A DNA stretch of 63,960 bases, filler included, from Lenisia limosa (taxonomy: Eukaryota > Protista > Breviatea): assembly GCA_001655205.1 (NCBI GenBank). It is 15 parts of 15 records of this genome, joined end to end, with 100 filler letters (N's around TTAATTAATTAA, not from the genome) between each part and the next. Parts side by side here need not be neighbours in the genome. Positions count along the whole stretch, not along the records: positions 46,939 to 50,742 come from LPNZ01003341.1; positions 50,843 to 51,963 come from LPNZ01010851.1; positions 52,064 to 57,299 come from LPNZ01002831.1; positions 57,400 to 58,904 come from LPNZ01001323.1; positions 59,005 to 62,850 come from LPNZ01000136.1; 10 more parts are not named here. One strand, 5' to 3'. Below are positions 50,257-62,064 of this stretch, piece by piece. Below the pieces are notes generated by a model. That model made no database searches, had not been told where the DNA came from, and saw only the letters and a list, made by a program, of their open reading frames with translations. A program made the position numbers and the translations under genes. Numbering within the stretch: position 1 is the stretch's first letter; the number at the start of each line of letters is the position of its first letter.

Positions 50257-50485
50257 ATGTCACCACGTAGGCCCTATCCTCTCCTTGCCACACTAACCTC
50301 CGCAGCGACTCTTAAGGATATCTTCGAAGCCGGCGAGAGAATCATTCAAGCTCCCGTCAATGGTTGTCGGACCTTTGCAACCGCTTTTCTCACGGTTTAG
50401 GCGAGCTGCCAAACCGCGAGGCTGTCGGAAAAGAAATGCTTGAGTATATCTCCAAGTTTGACTTCGCTAACAACCCTGAATGGAG
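50257..50485 (+). CDS. 5' end of a protein resembling the cysteine dioxygenase N-terminus
   Basis: Three in-phase exons give MSPPTLKDIFEAGERIIQAPVNGELPNREAVGKEMLEYISKFDFANNPEWR. Similarity to the CDO N-terminus (TLxDL..Y..xxxEW) is weak and the cupin core is not in the contig. Confidence 0.4.
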
Positions 50486-51087
50486 GTAGGATAGCCCTAT
50501 CCGTGCCTCGTTGCATTCCTTTGATCTTGCCGTGTTTTCACCATTTAAAGTTATTTTGTCATTTTTTTCTGAAATATATACATGTATATCTATATATAAT
50601 ATATATATATATATTTATTAGTCCACTGTTAGACTCATTGGTAGTTTGTACTTTTCCCTCATCATTGCCATATAACTATCATGTGAACCATTTTGCACTT
50701 ATAAGCGTGATGGTCTGGACGGCTTTGGCCAGATATGATATGNNNNNNNNNNNNNNNNNNNNNNNNNNNNNNNNNNNNNNNNNNNNTTAATTAATTAANN
50801 NNNNNNNNNNNNNNNNNNNNNNNNNNNNNNNNNNNNNNNNNNCAAATATAGCAATCCCAACGGGTAAGTTTGAGTACTCTGTTACTATATTATAAGGAAG
50901 TTTCCTCGAAGCACTTCGCATAATAGGCAACTTTCCTCGGATGTACTTTCCAAATTTGGCAGTTATTATGATACACATTAAGTAGCTTTCACCGTATTAG
51001 GCCTCTATCAGTTACCAGAAAGTTGAAAATTTCCCTATTATTCAGTTTTCTCTGACTGTATTAAGGTGCTTTTGCTTACCAAATTAG

Positions 51088-51950
51088 GCAGTTCCGCGTG
51101 GAATCCTCGGGAAGCGACACTATTAGCCGGCATTCAAGCTTTGATTCGAAGCACTTCAACAATTTTTGCGATTCCAAGATGTTTCCTTCGGCCAGCGTGG
51201 GGTGGTGGGATCAGAATAACATACTATATTATATAGATGTGGTTGGTGGTTTGTTATAGTATATCATATTATATTTAATAGTATCTTGTTTATACAATGT
51301 ATATTGTATTATTTTATTTTACAAAGTACCATTCATCCTCGCCTGGTGGCCCCCATTATTCTCCATTGAAATTTTCTTCGTTTTACCTCTCCAGAATCCT
51401 GCACCTCTCCTTCCGAGTCTGAGTGAACAAAGTCTGCCTGACTTCATATCGGGTGAGGGAATGGGTTGTGTTCATTGCACCCCCGTCCCTTATCAGATAC
51501 GGTGCTGCAGAAGGAACTGACCTGTGCTTTGTTTGTTTTGTTGTTATCAACCCTCGTTTGTTGTCAGCAACAGAATTAATTTTGGGCTTTTTTTTTCATA
51601 AATTTTCCAATTTTACTCCCACCGACTCTTCAAAGGCTGGCTCGGGCTTTTTTTTGTTTTTGTGTTTTTGTCATCTGTCTCTGTCTAGTTTTAGCGTTGG
51701 TTTCGTTTGTTATTGCCTGGTTTTGTTTTTTGTTTGTTTGGAGTTTCAGATTATTCGTTTCGTAATTTGTACCTTTTCGCCCAATATTCTTCATCGAAAT
51801 TTCCTTCGTTTTACCCTCCAGCCAATCAATTAATTCATCAGACTTGCCCGAAATCGGCAGTCGCGCGCCCTGGGCCCTCGCGTCTGGGTGGACGTGGTTG
51901 TCTGTCGCACTTAGTCGCTCCAGTGTTCTCAGGGGGACTCTCGTACATAA
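51088..51950 (+). CDS. Unknown gene fragment (three probable exons)
   Basis: GC-richer segments bounded by AG and GT(G-run). Reading frame not resolved. Confidence 0.25.
51660..51830 (+). repeat. E5 intronic repeat (TG-rich body with a conserved 3' end)
   Basis: ..TTTACGCCAATATTCTTCATCGAAATTTCCTTCGTTTTAC(C)nAG. Other copies: 236-308, 20069-20250(-), 22550-22585(-), 24840-24985(-), 43355-43415(-), 62951-63016. Confidence 0.9.
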
Positions 51951-52161
51951 GTGGGGGGGGGGGNNNNNNNNNNNNNNNNNNNNNNNNNNNNNNNNNNNNN
52001 NNNNNNNTTAATTAATTAANNNNNNNNNNNNNNNNNNNNNNNNNNNNNNNNNNNNNNNNNNNNATCATTTTGGATAAAAAATTCAAAAAACGTGTGTATC
52101 TGATATGTGCCGTAGAAAAAACAAATGACATACTCTTAACATTAATTGTCAAAATAACAAG

Positions 52162-53200
52162 TCAATGTGGCTGTCTTTGGCTTTTTATGTCCGGGTTTTC
52201 TTCTTCACTTGACGTTCCTTCTTCAGCATCACTCTCCTCGTCAACAATCGGCGAAACGACATTAGCAATCGCCTTCGCCTGAACAACAGGGTGTGACTTC
52301 GCCATGTGTTTCCTTTCACATCGAACATTTTTGAGAGGAAGAGAATGAAGAGTTGCAAGTAAATTCCCCCTCAGAATTGTAAAATCTGGCTTGTTCATTG
52401 TGAATAGAAGAGTATCATACAGGAGCTTCCATTGCACAAATTCTGACGAAAGCAAATCTGGGGACACAATTTGTCAGGATTTGCTGTGGGAATTTCGGCA
52501 AGGGTACTGCAGTAGGCCGATAAATTTGTAGACACTCCCTTCTCCGAAAGAAAATGTAATAAATTGGGAGCCATATAATAAGATGAGTGACGTCCAGCGA
52601 TAGTCGTCGTTGAATCATATCATCCAAACCAAAGCGGGGAGCAAGTCCAGCATCGGCAAAAACTATGTCTAACCGTATTAGAGGAATGATTAGCTGTACC
52701 TCTAACAACATCAAATGAGAATACTCTTCATTCTTTAATCATTTGATATAGACCGTTGAATGCCTCTTCTTGTTCCTTGCTTTGAAATGAATGAAAAATA
52801 TTGGTGACACAGGGATTAAAAAACAAACGGAATGGTTCCAGCATTCGCCAGAAGCGCATCCTCTAGCTGGCGATTATGCAGCTGCATAACCTTCGTCAGA
52901 TTTGCGAATAGATTTTTTCATAATCAANNNNNNNNNNNNNNNNNNNNNNNNNNNNNNNNNNNNNNNNNNNNNNNNNNNNNNNNNNNNNNNNNNNNNNNNN
53001 NNNNNNNCCAGATGTGATGAAGTAGGCGAGGTTGATGTTACGGCCATTTTCAACAACAAGTCCTAGGGTTACAAGCTGTATGTTCCTGTTTGAGGAGACA
53101 ACTCCATGCGTTCCTGAACTGTTACCAGTGCATAATACCGCAGCGTTAATGAGAAAGAGTATTAAATTAATTGTGATTGTTTTTACTGAATATAATAGTA
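52162..53200 (-). CDS. Hypothetical protein, 3' portion
   Basis: Terminal exon DLLSSEFVQWKLLYDTLLFTMNKP..DEESDAEEGTSSEEENPD..*. The upstream exons are only partly resolved. Confidence 0.3.
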
Positions 53201-53399
53201 CTATCACTTATTATCATATTATCATATATTACTCATGATGGGGCGGATTTCTTTTTTTTTTTGGAAATTATGCAAAATCAGAATCGAATCATAAAAATAG
53301 AAAATAGTCGTATGATATTATATTATGTATAATTTTGCAAAGCAAGTCCGTGGGCCTTTTTCATTTTCTCTGGGATTTACTCTCAGCCGTAACCTTCTT

Positions 53400-54020
53400 G
53401 AATAAAGGTTGTATTTTTATTTGTTGATTTGGGTTTCTTTCAAAAAAATGTGATTGTTTGCGAAAACAAGGTTCAAACTCAAGAACAACAATCCCATTTT
53501 GTTTTGGTCCGAACCTCACGTTCCTAGCAAATCGAGCCTTGACTCCTAGCCTACGTGTTGTGTTTCGGTTTTTTTCAATGGCTGTTATTCGAGAAAGGTC
53601 TGTACCTCATTGCCCAATGGTGGGGCCTCTCTCAAGGTCTTTGGTGGTCGGAAGGAGGAAATCACCCATGCGGCAGATTCCATAGCGAGGTAAATAGCTC
53701 GGATGAGGATGTTCTACTTCTTGTTGGGGCCAGTTAGTGGGCGAGTGCGTACGAGCTTCTGAATCTGGGAGGAGGACATATAGGGGGCCTGTTTCACTGG
53801 CTTGGACTTGTTGGCCTTATTGATGCTCAGGATCATTCTGGATAATTAGTAATGTATGGACTCGTAATCATAATACCTTTGGGCTGCATAACGTCACTTG
53901 ATGCGGTGGGCTGGCCATTTATGGCTGCGTAATGGGCGAGAGCGGAAACATAGCCTAAGCAGGTCTGTCTTCCCTTCATGGAGATGTAGGCCAACCATAA
54001 TTCAACCTTAAAAATTTTAT
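53400..54020 (-). pseudogene. Tyrosine recombinase fragment (DIRS-like)
   Basis: LWLAYISMKGRQTCLGYVSALAHYAAINGQP..SRMILSINKANKSKPVKQAPY..ILIRAIYLA, then a frameshift to YGICRMGDFLLPT. The C-terminal HxxR..Y motifs were not found. Confidence 0.7.
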
Positions 54021-54029
54021 AATGTTATC

Positions 54030-54400
54030 ATAACAATGATAAACCTCTCTTGTAGCATGTTGTAGATCTGGGTGGTTCGGTCGAGGCCGAAAGAGGCACC
54101 GAGGGTGTACTCAGAGAGGGCCTTGCCATCCAGGATCAGCCTATGTTTGACCTTGTTCAGGTGGAGGACTTCTCTTGTGGCGATGCCGAGTGGATTGGCG
54201 TGAATGTCAGTGGTGGGTGGGGGGGCGAGAATGACGGTACCGAGTCATCAATAAGCTTAGTGTGCTCATTAGCATTGGGACAGTTGCGGGTGTGGCGAGA
54301 GAAGGGGGCATTGGGGTCAATGCAGAGGTCGGCGCCGTATTCCAGGATGGCTCAGACCACTTCAATATGCTGGAAATTGCAATTGGACAGTTCATTTAGG
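54030..54400 (-). pseudogene. Reverse transcriptase N-terminal fragment (DIRS-like)
   Basis: FLNELSNC..EVV*AILEYGADLCID..RNCPNANEHTKLIDDS, then a frameshift to GTVILAPPPTTDIHANPLGIATREV..KVKHRLILDGKALSEY. The YxDD core is absent. Confidence 0.6.
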
Positions 54401-54719
54401 AAAAGGTCCCCTGTTGAGCTTACAGTTTACTCTTTCTAGCCCCTTGGTATTGAGCTGCCTTTCCCATATCTTCTCACGATCTAGGGCAGAGTCTCTCACG
54501 CTTTTGTGGCAAGGGCGGTGCATTGAGTAATCTGCCAGAGCCGGGTGCACGTTGGGGTTGTTGAATGTTGAAGCTATGTTACGTTATTTATTGCTTTGGG
54601 GGTGTAGTATTCTATTGTCGGCTTCAGATTTCTTTATTATATCCCACTTCGGTGACAGATAATTTTTTTCAGCCTGATAATGAAGAACAAGGGAGTTGTA
54701 TCAATACACCATATAGCAT

Positions 54720-54850
54720 TTAGCTTTTGCGCTTGGGGCAGTCCTGCTTGGGGTGACCCGCCTGCTTACAGAAGAAACAGAAGTGGTTGCGGGGACAGGG
54801 GTTGCAGCGGCAACCGAGATTGGAGTTGAAGTCGCGGCAAATAAGCTTGC
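54720..54850 (-). CDS. Gag C-terminal tandem zinc fingers of the DIRS-like element
   Basis: KLICRDFNSNLGCRCNPCPRNHFCFFCKQAGHPKQDCPKRKS*: a CCCH-like finger followed by an exact C-x2-C-x4-H-x4-C knuckle. Confidence 0.85.
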
Positions 54851-57400
54851 TGAATATGTTAGAATATCACATGACCGTTTCCACGACATTTCAATGACGC
54901 AGACGTACATGATTATTCAACATCCCATTAGTATATATGTAAAACCCACATACTTCTTTTTATTGGAAGAGATGGGCGCCAGAACCGGGGCGGCCGCGAA
55001 GAAGGGACTGGCCTCGAGAGTAATCGACGGAGGCGGCGGCATTGATCTGATTGGCGGCCTGAGACACGAAGCCTTCCTCAATGAGGGCACCGATAGCAGA
55101 GATGTTGGTGTCACCGAGGGTGGGGGTCTGGTCGAGGGCGCGGAAGATAGTAGAGATGACCTGTTGGATGTAGAGGGACTCGATATCCGGGAGAATGTCG
55201 TTGATAGTTTTGTGTGGGTGAGTTTGGTTCACAAAATTTCTTGAAAAATTAAGGGTAATCCACACAAATCATCTGAAAAACATACCTTCCTTATAAGAAA
55301 AGTTCTTGCTTTAGTATTACAATAAACAGATTGATTAACGTATCAGCCTTATTCGTGCCTTTTAATCTTATACTATACGACACCTTACAGTAACATACCT
55401 CAGGATAGGCTGGATAACCTCGTTGGCACGCTTAAGCTTGCATGCCGGAACGCAAGTCAAGAGCTGGGTTCCCAAGGATGAAGTGTCAGAGGACTTGTAG
55501 AGTTTACCAAAGATCTCGCGGAGCTCGGAATTGTTCTGAAAGGTGAGAATGATTTCGGCATTATTGATTTGCATTGGGTACAATGCTTGAAACATTATCT
55601 CCTATTCTTTATCTGACAATGTAAGCAAACTTTTAACTCCTTGATAAGGGCCAAGGCGAAGTCGCTACTTGAGGAGGCGGGAGCAGGAAGTTGTTGTTGC
55701 TGCTGAGAAGGAGCAGACTTGGCTGCCTTCTCGACGCGTTCTAAACCAATGAGAGAACATAAATTGGTTGGTTAACGTGAACCGCATATCACTTCTCTTG
55801 GAAGCAGGATAACCTCTTTTATGATTACATCATTACTAATGTCATATGACCAGAATCAAGAGGGTTTTATAACACACTAATACTCGTAAATATGTTCAAA
55901 GAAGCAACAAAAAAAAAAGCCCAATCATTCTTCAATTCTTCAACCAAAAACATGTCAATAACAACAGGAGACACAAAACATCTGCCAACCCAATTGAACA
56001 AGCTTTTTTCAGTCCAATAACTGTGTAAGGATATCATATGTTTTAACCATCGACTTATGGGCAAGAGCGGTAACTTCTGTCACAACAGCAGATGAGTACG
56101 AACGTTGGAACCCAGCGAAATTACAAAAGCTGACATCAGGCAGGTCAGACTTTTCACATGAGGCAGAAGAAGCTGGGCAGGAAGTTGGCAGTGGTGAAAT
56201 ACACAAGATACGCCAACGTGATGCACAAATGAAGAAAAATAAAACAACGCTCTTATGCAGGTTTGTTGCAATTGTATTCTCCAAGAGGGATTATGAAGAC
56301 GAAAGAGAGAAAACAGGACATATTGTAGTCCAACAACAAATCTTAAACTAGGATCCTCATCGCATTCCGCCTTCTGGACTGGCTTCTCCTCAATTGGATA
56401 CTACCAATTTGTATCATAGTGTATTTCGGGCTGAATAATGTTAGTTTTCACTTTTCAAGTTTAATGTAAAAAGCGTATCCATCCGCTTTAATGTATACTA
56501 TTCTTGCTCAAAAAAAATATCATATTTATCAATTAAGTTTAAAGCAGGAAGCCGGTGTCCTCTAAATAACTTGCAGATTCAGAGCAATGAGAAAAGAGTC
56601 TAATGCACTCTGTGACTGTCAATTCTGGATTAGATTCAAGAGCTAATGAAATTGGTTGAAGCAAATGTGATGCAAATCTAAAGAGTCGCATCAGAAATGC
56701 TTGAATAAAATAGCACCAACCTCAGTGAATTGTTAAAGGCAAGATCAGTCAAAAGATCAAGGTATTGTAATTTTAAACTTTCATGTTCCGATCTAATTCT
56801 GAGAATCGTTTTCAAATCTTTTCTTGGGAGCTGGAAATATTACATCTGAAAACAATAGAATGTGTAATTTTTATAATAAGTTGATATATTACTACAAAAG
56901 AAGTATAATATGATAATATCAGATCATATAATACCAAGATCCAAAATTGCTTCATCCTATAATTGAGAGATCTAAAGCGGGGTAAAAGTTAAATTGCCTT
57001 TTGTGGATTTTTCACGATATTTGTAATCCCAACAATTTTCCTTGAGCTTTCCATTTTTACTCTTTCTAAATGACCGATGAGAAGGGGGAAAAGGGGGATG
57101 TGGCAAGATCAAAGAAGAGTGATTTTCCAAATAGTGCATCTTACGGCTTGTTTATGGTACGAAAAGTTTCATATAGTATGTATATCACACCGTCCATATG
57201 TGAATTTTCCTCTGTGATTTTTTTTTGAAATATACGAATAATTTTGCTAAAAATATGGCATATAACTAAGAGAATTGTCATAACACTCTTGTTGCTAACN
57301 NNNNNNNNNNNNNNNNNNNNNNNNNNNNNNNNNNNNNNNNNNNTTAATTAATTAANNNNNNNNNNNNNNNNNNNNNNNNNNNNNNNNNNNNNNNNNNNNC

Positions 57401-58857
57401 TACGTTGAAATGCAGAAGGTATCTCAGGACGAAGCCAAGGCCGTCAAAAAGTGGCTTGATAACAAGGGTATGTTCCTAATGTTGGACTGTTTTGTTTAAT
57501 ATTTGTATGGAAGTTTTGTAAAATGCAACAGTCATTTTTTGTTTCACCTTGTTAACTTGTAGGAATGACCTTTGTCACTGGCCCAAATGAAAAGACCGAC
57601 TTGACCGAAAGGCAAATCCTTGAGCAGTGCCAGGTATCTTTGCATTTTTCTTCCCCAGATCAAAACTATTGTTTCTGTTACTTCTTTCATCACACTTTTA
57701 ACATTTAGATGTATATCGCCGCCGTACGTATGTCTCACAAGTATGGTTGCAGCGTCATTGGCATTCAGTACCAAATCGGTTGGGAATGATTTCTGATAGG
57801 TTGTGTCCTTTTGAGTTACATTACAACGTTCATAACTGCGACAGGCCTTGTGAACCTGACCGTCGCTTCCGACCTTGTCGAGGGTCTCATGAACAACGTT
57901 GACCGTCCCCCGGTGTACGACGAACAAATGAAGGAGATCTTCAAGGGCAAGGCCGTGCCCCATTTCAATGAGGTGGGCTTGATATGTTGCTTTGTTGACA
58001 ATAGTGTCTTACCAGAACATGTGTAACTATGTGTAGGTTGATGAAGGAGCTGCAGTAGACCTTTTGGTGACTAACAGAGTTTGGACAGCCCTTGGTCTTG
58101 ATCCCGCCTCCACTCTCCACGATATTCGTTGGGGTGATGATCATGATGGAAAGGTATGGTTACAGTAGAATCGGCGCCGTGCCAAGTATCCTCGTTTGCC
58201 TAACTAATGTAGTTCACCTGGGTTATGGAGATTTCTGGCTCAGCCCCTCCTTCCCACTTCCATGATGATCCTGAAATGGCTTACAAATGCGCATCTTCGT
58301 AAGCGAAGGGTGGTCACAGTTCAGGGGTTTGGTCAAAGGACAATTAGTTAACACGCAGTTTTTGGGTTGATATCAAATATTGATGTTTCTAATATTGCAG
58401 AGAGCGCCAGCCCCCCATGTACTTCCCTCTTGGTGGAGGCTCGTTGAAGGGCGAGTGTAAGACTGGTCACGTTGTGTGGTCTCGCGTCTACGTTCAGGTT
58501 CGGGGGTACCCCAATTGAGCATATTCAATCCTTTGCAAATGAGTGAATTGTTTCTGAGCTTTTTATTCTGGGGCTTCTTAATTCTCATAATTATGAAGGA
58601 AGGTCCAACCTTGTAGGATGGAAAGGTGCACTTTGACATCGGGCTTGGAGAGGCAGTAGCTGTCGGCAAGGCTGAAATGGAGAGAAGATGGAAGTGGGGG
58701 GTGCTGGGGGTATTGAAGTGTTCTCGGATTGGAAAATGACCAGTTTGTTGTTGACCTATTTAGGTCCACAACGTCCCAATGGCCTATCATGAACCTTGTT
58801 ACCAAGGGCGTGTCACGTGACCAGATGATGGCAAAACACAAGTCCAATCATGTCCAG
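57401..58857 (+). CDS. Bacterial-type L-fucose/L-arabinose isomerase-like protein, internal fragment with many introns
   Basis: [120 protein letters not shown]. Confidence 0.85.
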
Positions 58858-60481
58858 GTGGGGGCCTTTCGGTGTATTTTTTTATATAGGTGACCATACA
58901 TAACNNNNNNNNNNNNNNNNNNNNNNNNNNNNNNNNNNNNNNNNNNNNTTAATTAATTAANNNNNNNNNNNNNNNNNNNNNNNNNNNNNNNNNNNNNNNN
59001 NNNNTCAGGGGGGGGATTGGATGATAAAGTATCACAAGAACAAGTTAAGTCTTGACCGATTTGCTCTGTGGATTTCCCAAGGAAAATAGGTCAAGACTCC
59101 GGTTACTGTACAAAATAACGTATCATCATCATATGATATAGAATTCAATGTTATAAAGCTCAATTTACTTCTTTGTAGCGATTGTGGACTTTGAATCGGA
59201 AGAGGACTCGCAGTAGCTCCACTGCCTCCTTCATCACCATTGCCATCCTCCATCATCATCAACACCATCATAGCCATCTACTCTCCAACATTCCTTCAAG
59301 GAAAGGAAGGCCTGTCATTTTTTTTATTTGTTCATATTTGTGGCTTTAGTTCTTTTGTTGTTTCAGTTGTATTTCTTTTTGTTCAGGGTGTATTTAAATG
59401 TATTACTATGAGATTGAAATTTTGGTCTCGAGAAGACCCGGTGTAAAAAAATATGGTTGAGCAACTTTGCATCTGACCGAAGCCGTCTACACCATCACGC
59501 TTATGAAAAAATATTGGATTATATCATCTGGCAAAGCCGTCCAAACCATCACGCTGATAGAGATATTGGTTATATTATCTGGCCGAAGCCGTCTATAATA
59601 CGCATGAAATGTGTATATATGTGGTTATTTATCTTTCAATGTCACTTTGTACGAATGTCGGAAATTAAAGTTATTTTACTCTATCTCTTATAAGCGTGAT
59701 GAGGGCGACTTCGGCCAGATACAACCTTATTTATGATTAAGAATATTCCAAAAATAGCCCAAAACCCGCACAATGATGATGCAAAAAGTATTTGGTTATA
59801 TTCAGAAGAAATAATATATCATTCATCAAGATACTATTTCGAAAATTCGAATATTTAACATGTTACAGCTCGAGCTTAATAAGCATCATTCAATTGAGCA
59901 TCCGTCATATGACACTCAATTCTCCTATTTTCAGCCAAAAAATTCCTTGTTATTTGTTTATTACAAGTTTATTATCCTGTTTTATACTTGCTCAGAAGAG
60001 ATGATTCAGTGTGCCCTAAGATAGTGGTGAAACGGAAACAGGGGAAAAGTGAGATCTGAAGGGCTTGCACGTATACTGTCGTTTAGGCATTACTTGTTTT
60101 AGTGTCTGATTTCATATTAATTTAGCCAGGAAAGGAACATGAAGGAGGCTCCCAAAAATAGCCCAAAAACCAAGATTTTCTAAATTCGTAGTTTCCATGA
60201 AATGAACTGAACCGTGTCACCTAGTTTCTTTTTTGAAGAATCATTTTGATTTTGAAGACCCTTTTCTGAACTGTGAGTGGCTTGTTTAACGTGGAAATTT
60301 CGTGTGTGCTCTTTTTGTGTTGATTTATTAACCCATTCTTTTTCATTACTCACCTCCATCCATATTCTTCTTTGGAATCCCCTTCACCTCAATAGAATAA
60401 GGTAAGAGAGAGTTTGCTTGAGCTGTTGTAATTAAAATGACAAATTCTGTGAAATGAGCTCGCCTCTGTTTACATTTATAG

Positions 60482-61017
60482 ATGGTGGCATCCGCTCCTA
60501 AGGTTCGCGCTGGCAAGATCATCAAGAAGCACCCTAAGGTGTTCAAGCGCCATCAGTCCGATCGCTACAAGAAGCTCGATGTTTGTTTCGACATGCTTGT
60601 TTCTTGATTTACTTCCCAGGAGAACTCATGGAGACGCCCCAAGGGTATTGACAACAAGGCTCGTCGTCGCTTCAAGGGTAACGTTAAGCTCGTCAACATC
60701 GGTTTCGGTACCAACAAGCTCTACAAGCACGTCCTTCCCTGCGGAATGAAGCGCTTCCAGGTCAACAACATCAAGGATCTCGATACCCTCCTCATGCAGA
60801 ACGGCAAGTTCGCCGCTGAGATCGCCGGTACCGTTTCCCGCAAGAACCGCAAGGCCATCATTGGTTTGAGAGGATATTTTTATGTTTTGTTCTATGCAGG
60901 CTCCTACCAGTATCCTGCGTACTTATAACACTTCTAATGTGCTTAGAGCGTGCCTCTCACCTCCACGTTAAGATCATCAACGCCAAGGCTAAGATCATCA
61001 CCGAGGAGAAGAACTAA
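60482..61017 (+). CDS. RPL32: 60S ribosomal protein L32 (eL32), complete, 3 exons
   Basis: Exons 60482-60580, 60620-60863, 60947-61017 give ..[73 protein letters not shown]..*. Confidence 0.98.
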
Positions 61018-62064
61018 ATGCACTTTCTTTGCCACCACAGTTTGGTACATTTACAGGGCTTAGTGTTGGATACACTTTAGAAAATCATCCTGACCATCCC
61101 ATTCTTGTATTTCACATTTCCAGTCATTAAAACATCATATTCATGGTTATATATCGAATGAGAGGGTATTTGGTAATTGTATTCTTTGCGCAGGCTCTCG
61201 CTTCCCCTTCCCCCTTTCCCTTATTTGCCCTTTTCTTCTCAAGTGCCCCCGCAGTTTTATGAGTCTATTTGAAACCAGTTTTCTTGGAAAACTTCTTCTT
61301 GATCACAGAATCAATCCATATATTTAGAAAACAAATAACTGCAGATACAACAAGAGAAAAGTGTTCTCATAGGGTTCAATTATAACAGGGTGGGTTCCGT
61401 GGCTGTGTAAATTCACGAGAGAACGGTTGATCAATGCGAGGAGGGATCTACCATTTTCATTTCCTTTACGTCTCTGTGCACACAAGCCACAGCTTTCAGG
61501 TAACCTGACAGAAAACTGAAATTCGTGCAATTTTTGAAAGAAATTTCATTCGGACTATGAAACTCCTTGAATGATGTCAATCTAAACCATATTTGGAGTG
61601 GGGTCAATGCTTCGTGGGAAGGCGTAGTATTCTTAATTTAATATATGTATTATACATCGTATTCGGTTTGGTCACTTGGGTATAGGCTTATAAACTTGTT
61701 TGCATTTATTTTTATAGCTGAAAGAGGTGTTGTAGATTTGTTTTGTAATGTTTATATTTATCAATAGTAGAAAATTTGTGAAATCGATTTCAAAAGTTGA
61801 AAGTGTATTTTAGACACATCGTATTTTCCAATGGATCATTATGACAAGTTGGGATTTCCATGATATTATTATTGAATTCTTAGGATATGTATGGGATTCT
61901 CAAATACCATATGGGAATCCCAAGTCGATGTAATCTGACCACGACAAGTCCTGACGCGGATATTGAGCTTAATTTTCAGTCGGTCGTGTCGGGACTTATC
62001 GCGATCAGTGTATATTGGAAACCCCATATGCGTTTACTGCAACAACAACATGCATCTCATCGCA

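Larger units (their letters stand above)
53400..56400 (-). mobile_element. DIRS/Ngaro-type tyrosine-recombinase retrotransposon relic (gag - RT fragment - YR)
   Basis: Same-strand order of a gag-like ORF ending in CCCH+CCHC fingers, RT motifs 1-2, and YR N-terminal plus catalytic-Arg segments. It has stops, frameshifts and a large internal deletion. Confidence 0.75.

Noticed and set aside
53400-55000. Stop-codon reassignment or RIP suggested by in-frame TAA/TAG/TGA in the DIRS-like region
   Set aside because: Host genes end in TAA, TGA or TAG, and frameshifts co-occur, so ordinary decay explains the stops. Any stop can be derived from a C-to-T change, so this is not evidence for RIP.
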